Origin: a virus
Taxonomy: Duplodnaviria; Caudoviricetes
Strand: one strand, 5' to 3'
DNA: 31,852 bases
IMG/VR virus record: IMGVR_UViG_3300031949_000128
Coordinates: 1 to 31,852 of that record
Both the position numbers and the translations under genes were made by a program. Positions within the stretch are counted from its first letter, which is position 1; every line of letters begins with the position of its first letter. Shown piece after piece: positions 1 to 7,986 of the stretch. Under the pieces are notes generated by a model. The model was not told the origin of the DNA. It made no database searches and was given only the letters and a program-made list of their open reading frames with translations.

Positions 1-63
1 CGTCTTGGCGGCGCCGCAGTTCAGGCAGGTGGGCGGCTCCGAGGGCGTCGCGTCAGGAGCCAT
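1..63 (-). CDS. Partial small protein with CxxC (runs off the window edge)
   Basis: ATG at 63 overlaps the end of the upstream holin-like gene and reads MAPDATPSEPPTCLNCGAAKT... Confidence 0.45.
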   Translation of the reverse strand, partial: MAPDATPSEPPTCLNCGAAKT

Positions 64-256
64 TCGCCTTCTCGGCGGCGCGAGTGATGAAGTAGAAGCC
101 TACCACCAGCTCGCCCAGCGTCTTCATCTGGTCTGGCGGAATCTCACCCTTCACCGCGAGGTAGATCGCCGCACCCACGATGGCGAAGGCCAGCAGGCTC
201 CGTACCCTCAGCAACCCGCCGGGGCCAAACAACGCCAGCCCGATTCGCTCGTTCAT
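53..256 (-). CDS. Holin-like small membrane protein (67 aa)
   Basis: ATGA overlap start with GGAGG upstream. Two hydrophobic segments (SLLAFAIVGAAIYLAV, LGELVVGFYFI). Lies in the lysis cassette. Confidence 0.65.
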   Translation of the reverse strand: MNERIGLALFGPGGLLRVRSLLAFAIVGAAIYLAVKGEIPPDQMKTLGELVVGFYFITRAAEKANGS

Positions 257-594
257 CGCCGTTCCTCCTCCCGCTCCTTCACGATCTTGATGACGATGCG
301 ATTGAGTTGCGTCAGCCTCCGCTCCATCGCCTTGTTGTGGCGCTGGACCTCCCGCAGGAATGGCCCGAGCGTCTCCGCGTTGGCTTTCACCACGATCTCC
401 GCGATCCACTTCTGCCAGTCGCCGACGGTGGCCGCCCCGGCGGCGGCATCGGCGACGGATCGCCCGGCATGATCGCTGCCGTTGCTACGGCCGCGGGCGA
501 TCGCCAGAGCGCCCGACACGAAGGCCGCTAGCACGCCCAGACCTCCGACGACGTAGGCGGCGACGACGCCGGTGTCCGCTGCCAGTGCCAGCAC
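253..594 (-). CDS. Membrane protein with N-terminal TM helix and C-terminal coiled coil (lysis accessory or holin-like)
   Basis: Hydrophobic VVAAYVVGGLGVLAAFVSGALAIA followed by a charged helical tail. Downstream of the endolysin. Confidence 0.6.
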   Translation of the reverse strand: MLALAADTGVVAAYVVGGLGVLAAFVSGALAIARGRSNGSDHAGRSVADAAAGAATVGDWQKWIAEIVVKANAETLGPFLREVQRHNKAMERRLTQLNRIVIKIVKEREEERR

Positions 595-595
595 G

Positions 596-694
596 TCACT
601 TCAGTCGCTTCCCGCACCAGGCGCAGAACCGCCATGCCTTCTCGACGAGCTTCGGGCAGCGCGGGTTTGGGCAGCCCTTGTACTCCCCATCGAC
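596..694 (-). other. Zinc-ribbon reading frame lacking its own in-frame start
   Basis: Reads VDGEYKGCPNPRCPKLVEKAWRFCAWCGKRLK*, in frame directly after the endolysin TAG. The nearby ATG (690) is out of frame by one base. Confidence 0.55.
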
Positions 695-1501
695 CTAAGC
701 CTTGGCCCTCAGGGTCGCGCCCTCGATCTCGGCCCGCACCTGCGCCAGGGTGACGCCCGCCCCCACTGGTCGCGCCTTCAGCGCCGCGATCTCCGCCGCC
801 TGCGCGTCAATGATGGCGCGGAGTTTGGTGCGGCCCACGATGGCGTTGTCCGCACCGATCAGCCCGTCCAGCGCTGCCGCCCTGAACAGGTCCGCCAGTT
901 CCTGCTTCGTCATGTGTTCGTCCTCCTGTCCTGTGATAAAGCCATCGCCGAACGTGTTCAGGTCCACGGCGTAGCCCGCGAGCTGCGTCGTGCCCCGGTA
1001 CTGCTTGCCGATGACGGACCCGAGCCGCCCCAGCCTCGCGGTGTCTAGGGCGGGGCTGCTGTCGTAGTCCGCGAGCCAGGCGGGCACGTCGCTGAAGTCG
1101 AAGTTGCCGCCCTGCTGGAGCATGAACCAGTTCCAGAACCAGCCGCCGGTGTAGATGCAGACCTTCTTGCCGAGGGCGCGCAGGCCATCGACCGCCTGCC
1201 GGACGATCGCCGGCGTCGTCGGCACCTCCACGTCCACGGAGATGAAGTCCAGGTGGCCCCACTCGGCACCGGCCGCGCCGACCGCCTTGTTGACCGCCGT
1301 GGCCGCGGACTGCATGTTGACGACGGTGTAGCCGGCCGTGCTGAAGCCCGCCGCCCGTGCGTTCGCCAGGTTCGCCCGCGCCGGCGTGGGGCTGGCCAGG
1401 CCCGTCCAGAGGTTGACGACGGCGACCCGCCAACCCTCGGCGTAGCGGGCCGTCCACCAGGACGCAGGCGGCTGGGCGAAGCTGAGATCGAGCCCCTTCA
1501 T
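695..1501 (-). CDS. Endolysin, GH25-like muramidase (268 aa)
   Basis: MKGLDLS start, DVE catalytic-type motif, IYTG..W, WLADY, KQY.G and VDLN are GH25 lysozyme hallmarks. TGATG overlap start. Confidence 0.85.
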   Translation of the reverse strand: MKGLDLSFAQPPASWWTARYAEGWRVAVVNLWTGLASPTPARANLANARAAGFSTAGYTVVNMQSAATAVNKAVGAAGAEWGHLDFISVDVEVPTTPAIVRQAVDGLRALGKKVCIYTGGWFWNWFMLQQGGNFDFSDVPAWLADYDSSPALDTARLGRLGSVIGKQYRGTTQLAGYAVDLNTFGDGFITGQEDEHMTKQELADLFRAAALDGLIGADNAIVGRTKLRAIIDAQAAEIAALKARPVGAGVTLAQVRAEIEGATLRAKA

Positions 1502-1734
1502 CAGTCGCTCGCGTCCGTCCCGAGCGCCGCGATCGCCGCGGTCATCCGTGCCTGTATCGCCGTCACCGCCGCCCTCGTCATGGCGAGCTGCGTCCCCACC
1601 TGGAGCAGCGGCTCGTCCTCGAGGTTGCGGATCGCCTCGCCCAGCGACTGCAGCCGCTTGCCCTCGCGCTGCAGATCCAGGGCGATGTCCACGAACTCCT
1701 GCCCCCGCTGGAACTTCTCTAGGCTGTCGAACAT
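1501..1734 (-). CDS. Hypothetical coiled-coil protein (77 aa)
   Basis: Strong SD (GAAGGAGGAAAGCC-ATG). Coupled to the endolysin start. Confidence 0.7.
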   Translation of the reverse strand: MFDSLEKFQRGQEFVDIALDLQREGKRLQSLGEAIRNLEDEPLLQVGTQLAMTRAAVTAIQARMTAAIAALGTDASD

Positions 1735-1751
1735 GGCTTTCCTCCTTCACC

Positions 1752-2048
1752 CTACTTTGGGCCGATCCCGAAGAACTCGAACAGCTCGTCCCTCTGGCCG
1801 TCCGTCAGTTCAGCGATCATCCGCGCAACCGAACGGATGCCGTCCGAAACGTGGCTGAAGCTGTGCGGCTGGACCTCCTCGGTGATCAGGTCGCGCCCGC
1901 ACACCTTGCACTGGCCGACGATGGCCCAACGCTCGTTGTGCTCCCTGATGTACGCCGCCTGCCGTTCGACATCCAGCGGCGCCAGGGCCTTGCGGATGTT
2001 GCCGGGGATCACGGGATCGTCGGGGCCGGAGAACGTCAGTCCCTTCAT
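1752..2048 (-). CDS. Hypothetical protein with CxxC...HxH metal-binding motif (98 aa)
   Basis: GGAGGA SD. CKVC...HSFSH. Confidence 0.65.
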   Translation of the reverse strand: MKGLTFSGPDDPVIPGNIRKALAPLDVERQAAYIREHNERWAIVGQCKVCGRDLITEEVQPHSFSHVSDGIRSVARMIAELTDGQRDELFEFFGIGPK

Positions 2049-2050
2049 CG

Positions 2051-2524
2051 CTAGTCCTCCCTCACGGTGATCGTGCCGCACATTGTGAGCGCGTCGGCAG
2101 GCGCCGCTAGCAGGCGAAGCACCCAGAGCTGGCCGTTCTCAACTCGCTGAAGCGCCTCCGGCACCTCCTGCCTGCCGTAACCGACCCGGTTGTTCATGCC
2201 CATCGACCGCATCTTGTTGGCCGTGCCCGTCGTCGTCGCCAGCGTCGTGTTGTTGATCTCGCAGGTGAAGCCGGCGCCGGCGTCGTTCGGATCGCATGGC
2301 CGCGGCGTGGCGGAGGAACCGCCGCTCCCACTGGTTGGCGTAGCGGGAAGGCGGATCGCCTGCAGCCGCAGCCCCTCTTCGGCGGCGTCACCCATATCGC
2401 TGATCTGGGCGATCTCGAAGTCGAGGATGCGACAGGGCTTGTTGGCGGCGGGGTTGACCTCGAAGAAGTCCTGCGCCGCGCTCACCGCCACGTTCTCGAA
2501 CTCGACTGTGTACGTCCGTCCCAT
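2051..2524 (-). CDS. Putative minor virion or tail-associated beta-rich protein (157 aa)
   Basis: ATG 2524 with AGGAAGGGG upstream. Small-residue-rich beta-type sequence following the tail-tip genes. Confidence 0.6.
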   Translation of the reverse strand: MGRTYTVEFENVAVSAAQDFFEVNPAANKPCRILDFEIAQISDMGDAAEEGLRLQAIRLPATPTSGSGGSSATPRPCDPNDAGAGFTCEINNTTLATTTGTANKMRSMGMNNRVGYGRQEVPEALQRVENGQLWVLRLLAAPADALTMCGTITVRED

Positions 2525-2541
2525 CGTTGGTTTTCCCCTTC

Positions 2542-4092
2542 CTACATCGTCAGGAGCGCGTTCGCCCGTCGCGGGATCACGAGACTGGCCGCCGCGCTCC
2601 ACGGCGATTCGTCCGCGTGGTCTGCCGCCGCGTTATCGTTCGCTGCCTGCGCCTTCAGCCGGTGCCCCGCGACCTCCATGAGCAGCCAGTTGCAGGAGGT
2701 GGGGTAGGTGAACTTCACCCGTAGCGCCTGGAACGCCGCCACCGTCCAGGCGCCGCCCCAGGGCATCGCCGCCATGTAGTCGTTGTGCGCGGAGCCGCTC
2801 GTGGAGCGCGCCGCTGAGTTCCCCTCCGAGTAGAGGGTGTAGCTCAGGTCGATGTCCGTGAAGACGTCCACGGCGTCGATGGACTGCGGCGAGCCCGTCA
2901 CGAAGTCGGCGTCGGCCATCGCCACCATCTGCTCGTTGCCCCCTGCCTGACCATAGATACTGCCGCTCTCCGACGTCGTGCGCGGGCTGGAGGCGGGGCC
3001 GGGGTTCTTCTCCCACTTGTCGTCGATGCCCCGGTACTTCTTGTGCGAGGTCGGGGCGGAAACCACGTCCCATGCCTGACCGCTCGATGGCGTCCCGCCC
3101 GTCCACGCTCCCGTGCCGTTCAGGATGCGGTTGTTCGTGCCGGTTTGGCTCGTCACCACCATCGAACTCGCCCCAACCGTCACCGTCGCCCCCACCCACT
3201 CGGTTGCGCCCCAGCTCTCGTCGGTGTCCTCCAACCAGGCGTTCCCGCCGGTCTCGCCCGCCGTCATCCCCGCCGCCGTGCCGGTGTGGTCGAGCACGTA
3301 GTCGTTCGGGCTGGTGACGTCGGCGTAGGGGACGTAGCCGTTCGTCCCCCAGTCCACGCCCAGCAGCCCCTTCAGGGTGTCGTCGCTGCCGCCGTCGTCG
3401 TTGTACGTCCCGTGGGCGTAACTGACAGTGATACCGGTGTGGGTCTTCGCGCTCCCTGGCGTAATCTCCTGCTGGATGAGCGAGAACTGCGTGGAAGCAA
3501 CGCAGGCGGTGTCCCGGTGGTTAATCTCCGGCGTGGCCGAGCCCCCGTCGTGGGGGTTGGAGTCCGCCGCCGCGTCCAGCCAGACCTTGATGCGCCGGTA
3601 GTCGGCATGACCACTATCGGTTATCATGCTCACGCCTATGTTCAGCCGGTAGATGGTGCTCAGGGAGAGCGTGGTCGCTCCGTAGGCTAGGTTCGTATAG
3701 GTCGGAGGAGCTGCGACGGCTCCAGCGCGCTTCCACAGTCCTAAGGTAATGATGCCGCCGGTCTCCCTGACTCCTACGGCATACGACGTCCCTGTATCAG
3801 CGTCGTCCGCTGTCCAGAACATCGACCACTCGCTGGCGGCTTCAACTGCTGCAAGATTAAAGAGGACTTGCAGGTAGACCCAATCGCCGCTGATGGTGAG
3901 GTTGTTCCCGCCGTTGACGCTGAAGCCCGCAACCCGCCACGAAGCCAGCCCCTCTTGCCCCGAAACCTGGTGAAAGGGTTCCATCGTAAAGGGGGAATTC
4001 CCAGCGATGTTCTGCCAGGGGATGATGGCAGGGCCGAGCGATGCTATCCGGTCAGCGCACAGGTGGTTGCCGCCGTGCAGCAGGATGGCCAC
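2542..4092 (-). CDS. Putative receptor-binding or tail fibre protein (516 aa)
   Basis: GTG start overlaps the upstream TAG. G/T/S/W-rich, positioned after the hub gene. The N-terminal half has lower GC. Confidence 0.6.
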   Translation of the reverse strand: MAILLHGGNHLCADRIASLGPAIIPWQNIAGNSPFTMEPFHQVSGQEGLASWRVAGFSVNGGNNLTISGDWVYLQVLFNLAAVEAASEWSMFWTADDADTGTSYAVGVRETGGIITLGLWKRAGAVAAPPTYTNLAYGATTLSLSTIYRLNIGVSMITDSGHADYRRIKVWLDAAADSNPHDGGSATPEINHRDTACVASTQFSLIQQEITPGSAKTHTGITVSYAHGTYNDDGGSDDTLKGLLGVDWGTNGYVPYADVTSPNDYVLDHTGTAAGMTAGETGGNAWLEDTDESWGATEWVGATVTVGASSMVVTSQTGTNNRILNGTGAWTGGTPSSGQAWDVVSAPTSHKKYRGIDDKWEKNPGPASSPRTTSESGSIYGQAGGNEQMVAMADADFVTGSPQSIDAVDVFTDIDLSYTLYSEGNSAARSTSGSAHNDYMAAMPWGGAWTVAAFQALRVKFTYPTSCNWLLMEVAGHRLKAQAANDNAAADHADESPWSAAASLVIPRRANALLTM

Positions 4093-4844
4093 TAGAGGAA
4101 GCTCCCCGTGAGGTTCTTCAGCCCTGCCTCGATGAGCGGGAACGGCGCTACCTGCTTGACCAGCACCCGCCACGGCTCCCCGTACAGCTTCTCCAGCAGC
4201 GCCTCCAGCGCCCGCGCCAGCCGCCAGCGGTCACGCCGGATAGCGGGCGCGATGGACAACGGCGAGCCGTCGTCGAAGTCCAGTCCGTTTGGGAGTGCGG
4301 CCCGCCCCGCCTTGAAGTCGACGAGCCCGCCGGGCGCTGTCTGCTTGTTCAGCTGGTCATCCAGATCAGGGCGTAGAAGCGGCGAGTCCTGGACAAGAGC
4401 CCGAAGGTCTGCGGCGGTGTAGCCCTGCGAGAGGGCGTACTTCACCCCATCAGACAGGCAGGCCGTGTAGTTCCGGCTGAGGTAGTTGAGGATGGTGTTG
4501 CCGACCGGCTGGTCTCTCGCGGGCATCAAGGCGAGCCCCTGCCGGTACGCCTCTATCAGCAGGTCATGGCTGATGGCGTTGGCCCTCAGATCGGCTGGCG
4601 GGATCGCGCCCGTCCACGAAGTCTCCCGCGACAGCAGCCAGGCCGTGCCGCCCACCGGCAGCCTCACGCCGTCGCAGTTGCACCACCACCAGTCGGTGTA
4701 CGAGAGGTTGTACGCCGAGAGGTCGAGCCCGCTAGCGTCCACGTACTCGAAGTGCGAGAACGACAGGTCGCGGTCCGCGGGCAGGTCACGCGCACGCGGG
4801 CGGTAGAGCGTCGTAGGGGTGCCGGTCAAGACGATGCGGCTCAT
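4092..4844 (-). CDS. Hypothetical tail-region protein with N-terminal pentapeptide-like repeats (250 aa)
   Basis: ATGA overlap start (MSRIVL). 5-residue periodicity RDLSF SHFEY VDASG LDLSA YNLSY TDWWW CNCDG. Confidence 0.65.
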   Translation of the reverse strand: MSRIVLTGTPTTLYRPRARDLPADRDLSFSHFEYVDASGLDLSAYNLSYTDWWWCNCDGVRLPVGGTAWLLSRETSWTGAIPPADLRANAISHDLLIEAYRQGLALMPARDQPVGNTILNYLSRNYTACLSDGVKYALSQGYTAADLRALVQDSPLLRPDLDDQLNKQTAPGGLVDFKAGRAALPNGLDFDDGSPLSIAPAIRRDRWRLARALEALLEKLYGEPWRVLVKQVAPFPLIEAGLKNLTGSFL

Positions 4845-6580
4845 CGCCTGCGCCTTCCCTTGTCCGTCGCGCCGCCCGCGGCCGCGAGCATCTCCTCCAG
4901 CCGCAGCGGCGACGAGTCGAGCGACAGCCGCGCCTCGTTCCGCGCCGCGTCGTAGGCCACGGCGACAACCCGGAAGACGCTCACGCCGTCCCGATCGGTC
5001 GCGTTGAGGGCATCGACCCGCGGCTCGATATCGCGGACGCGGATCAGTTTCCCCGGCCGGATCAGCCAGGGATCGACCATCCGCCCCGCCTCGGCGTCCA
5101 GGATCGGCGCGGCGATGGTGAGCTCGCCCGCGTTCGGCGGCGAGGAGTGCTGCGCCAGAAACTCGTCGCCGGCGCGCTCCGCGTTCGTGGTCGTGCCCGC
5201 GTCGTCGCCCAGGTCCAGGGGCGCCTCTCGCGTCAGCCCAGCGTCGTCCAGAGCGGTGACGGTCGCGGTCCGCCGGGTTCGCCGGATGCGGCCGAGCGCG
5301 TCGCGCCAGCGCACGCTGACGGCGTTGTAGAGATCCCCGGCGGACCCGGGCGAATCGAAGCCGTGCGCCGTATCCGCTTCGTAGGCGACGGTCGTCGGCC
5401 AGGCACGCCACTCGAATCGGGCCTTGGCGGCCGCCGTGTCCTCCCATGCGGCCCAGTAGTGGTCACCCTCGAGCGCGATCAGGTCGTCGAGGACCTGCGC
5501 CGGCGTCACGCCATCGGGATAGGCGAGCTGCTCGATGGCGTAGGTCGTTGCCGCGATGCTGGCGTTGGCTCCGTCGAACTGGCCGAGCAGCCGTCCCAGG
5601 AGGTCCGCCACGACCTCCGACGCCAGGACGGTGTTGAGCGTATAGCCTGTCGTGATCTCCGCGCCGGCCTTCGTCAGCAACAGCGCGCGGACAACGATCC
5701 CGCTGATCTCGCTCCAGACAGTGTTGCTCGCGACCACCGTGGTAGCGCCGCCACGGTCAAGGCGCAGCTCTACGATGTCCCGTGCGTTCGTGAAGTCCGT
5801 TACGACGACGGCCGCCCGCGCTACGGGACTCGTCGTGAAATTGTCCGTGAACACGGCCACCCTTGAGGGGCCGCCGGCGAAAGCGGTTTGGACGACTGAC
5901 ATGACCTGCGTATTCACCGAGGCGACGCCCTCAACGTGGCTGTAGGCGAAGCGCGCCAGCTTCTGGCCGGCCTCCGCGATGTCCCTGTACCAGCGCCCGA
6001 AGTGGTAGCCGTTCGGCAGGTCCATCCCCTGCGGCAACTGAAGCTCCAGAATTGGCGCGTCGGTGCTCTCGATCCGAACCTGATCCTCGCCGCCCTTGTC
6101 GGAGATATCGCTACGGAACCAGCGCTCAAGCGAGCGCTCGACGTAGATCAGCGGCACCGTGCGGTCGCGGGCGTGGGCGGCCGGGCCCACCGCGCGCAGG
6201 CTCCATATCTCGCCGTCGGGCCCGGCGCCGCGGCCGGGGTCCTCCATACGCCCCTGCCAGGCGATCTCGCCGCTGCGCCCGTCGTAGACGTAGAGCTTGC
6301 CGTAGATCGCGATCTCCTCGGGGTCGACCCGCAGCGGGCGGTCCAGCCTGATCTCGCAGGACGCGAATCCGCCGGGCACGGCCGAGCGGAACGCCAGTTC
6401 GCGCACATCGGCCGAGACGTGGATATCCCTGCGCCCCGTAGAGAGGCGGACGGCCAGCGGGACATTGAGGACTGTCACGCCTTCGTACCCCGTGGTCGGC
6501 GGGGGCTCCGGCGGAACAGGGACGGTGCCGATCCACGGCCTGCGCGGTCGGTAATCGGCCGGGCGTCGGTAGACATGCAA
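4841..6580 (-). CDS. Tail tip / baseplate hub protein (Tal-like minor tail protein)
   Basis: Follows Dit. PGGFASCEIRL, WQGRMEDP and the C-terminal IRPGKLIRV pattern are typical of siphovirus hubs. Start uncertain (TTG 6580 or a later GTG, VTVLNVP). Confidence 0.75.
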   Translation of the reverse strand: MHVYRRPADYRPRRPWIGTVPVPPEPPPTTGYEGVTVLNVPLAVRLSTGRRDIHVSADVRELAFRSAVPGGFASCEIRLDRPLRVDPEEIAIYGKLYVYDGRSGEIAWQGRMEDPGRGAGPDGEIWSLRAVGPAAHARDRTVPLIYVERSLERWFRSDISDKGGEDQVRIESTDAPILELQLPQGMDLPNGYHFGRWYRDIAEAGQKLARFAYSHVEGVASVNTQVMSVVQTAFAGGPSRVAVFTDNFTTSPVARAAVVVTDFTNARDIVELRLDRGGATTVVASNTVWSEISGIVVRALLLTKAGAEITTGYTLNTVLASEVVADLLGRLLGQFDGANASIAATTYAIEQLAYPDGVTPAQVLDDLIALEGDHYWAAWEDTAAAKARFEWRAWPTTVAYEADTAHGFDSPGSAGDLYNAVSVRWRDALGRIRRTRRTATVTALDDAGLTREAPLDLGDDAGTTTNAERAGDEFLAQHSSPPNAGELTIAAPILDAEAGRMVDPWLIRPGKLIRVRDIEPRVDALNATDRDGVSVFRVVAVAYDAARNEARLSLDSSPLRLEEMLAAAGGATDKGRRRR

Positions 6581-6591
6581 GTCATGGGCCT

Positions 6592-7986
6592 CTAAGGCTT
6601 CACATACAAATGTCGAGGCCAGTAGGAGAGCACCACGGCCGCGCTGTCCGCAAGGTCGTCGGCCTGAAGATCGCCGCCGACGTTCACGAGCAAGGCGATC
6701 CGGTTCGTCTGGTTTGGCGACAGGAGGGGTATCGACCCGGCGCGCGGGATCGGCGCCGTCGTGTAGAGCGAATCCGAGGCGCTGGCCAGGCGCGAGTAAA
6801 CCGAGTCATTGGGCCCATCGATGATCGCGTCCGACGTGGAGGTCGGCCAGGCGATGATCGCCAGCTCCTCGTCCGCCGGAACGGCGAGCACGACGTCCCA
6901 GTCCAAGTTCCCGCTTCCGCTCACCCGCTCGGCCTGAAAGTTCAGGCTCATTATCCTGGCTGCGTTCGGGACGTTCGAGTAGCCTTCGCCCGACACAGGG
7001 TCGTCAACGCTGGCCGGGAGGCGAACCAGCCCCAGGTCTACCCACATGAGCCAGGTCTGGTTCGGCAGCGTGACCGGCTCCGTCGCGATCCCGGTCGGGC
7101 CATAGGTCATTTTGATCCTGATGGTGTCGCCGGCGACGCTATGCCGGACGCGGGCGAAGATGCGGTACGTCCCGCGGTACTCGACGGACTGCCCCGCCGC
7201 CGTCACCGGAAAGTTCGCCGCGGTGAGGCGCGTCTGCATCGTCGCCGTCGCGAAGGACGTGCGCGCGTAGTTGGAGCCGGCGCCACTCATGGCGGCATCG
7301 TTCCCGGGCAGCGTGGTGTCCGTGCCGAGCGTCATCCCCTCCGCCTGTAGTGGATAGACGCCGCCGGGCGTCCCGTGTCGCCTGACGCCGAGAGCCATCC
7401 GCTGATTCGCCACCGAAGGTGACGCGGCGAACTTGAGAAACGCCGGCGTCGGGACGTCCCCTGTCACCCCCGTCACGTCCCAGTAGCAGGGGTTGCTCCC
7501 GGCCGCCGGATCATTGTTCACGGTGACGCTGTTCAGCGTCACCCGCTCGCCGTAGGCGAACGGCTCCGCCAGCAGCTCCAGGCCCAGGCGCACCCGGAAC
7601 ACCGGCTCGCTCTCGACGTTCAGTGAGTAGCCCGGCGAGCGGAACGTGCGGAAGTAGACGGGGTTGGTGGCACCGATAGGCTGGTACTTTAGGATGTTGT
7701 TCGCCCGGTCCAGCTCCCGGTTGAGCTTTTGCAGCTCCGTGGCCAGGAGGTCCTCCGTCGCTGCCTGCGCCACCAGGTCGAACTTCAGGACCCGGTTGTC
7801 GTAGGCGGAGGCGACGATCTTCGCGCCCTGCCGCATCAGCGTGGAGACGACAGCGCGCTTGAGCGGCGGCGGCGACAGGTCCGGCAACGGCTTCCGCTGG
7901 AAGAGCCACTTGGTGCCGTCGTTCAGGTCAAGGCGCGTCGTCGGCGCGGCGTCGATCTTGTCGACGAACTGCAGCGTGATTGGCAT
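6592..7986 (-). CDS. Distal tail protein (Dit-like) with internal insertion domain
   Basis: Directly follows the tape measure. Contains AEPFAYG, GDVPTPA and PLLSPNQTN..YWPRHL Dit-like motifs. Confidence 0.75.
   Translation of the reverse strand: MPITLQFVDKIDAAPTTRLDLNDGTKWLFQRKPLPDLSPPPLKRAVVSTLMRQGAKIVASAYDNRVLKFDLVAQAATEDLLATELQKLNRELDRANNILKYQPIGATNPVYFRTFRSPGYSLNVESEPVFRVRLGLELLAEPFAYGERVTLNSVTVNNDPAAGSNPCYWDVTGVTGDVPTPAFLKFAASPSVANQRMALGVRRHGTPGGVYPLQAEGMTLGTDTTLPGNDAAMSGAGSNYARTSFATATMQTRLTAANFPVTAAGQSVEYRGTYRIFARVRHSVAGDTIRIKMTYGPTGIATEPVTLPNQTWLMWVDLGLVRLPASVDDPVSGEGYSNVPNAARIMSLNFQAERVSGSGNLDWDVVLAVPADEELAIIAWPTSTSDAIIDGPNDSVYSRLASASDSLYTTAPIPRAGSIPLLSPNQTNRIALLVNVGGDLQADDLADSAAVVLSYWPRHLYVKP

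Noticed and set aside
4845-5447. Extended N-termini in the ORF track (also 695..1750, 24268..25671, 25886..26533, 20263..21972)
   Set aside because: The extensions overlap upstream genes out of frame. Internal starts at stop-start overlaps fit better.
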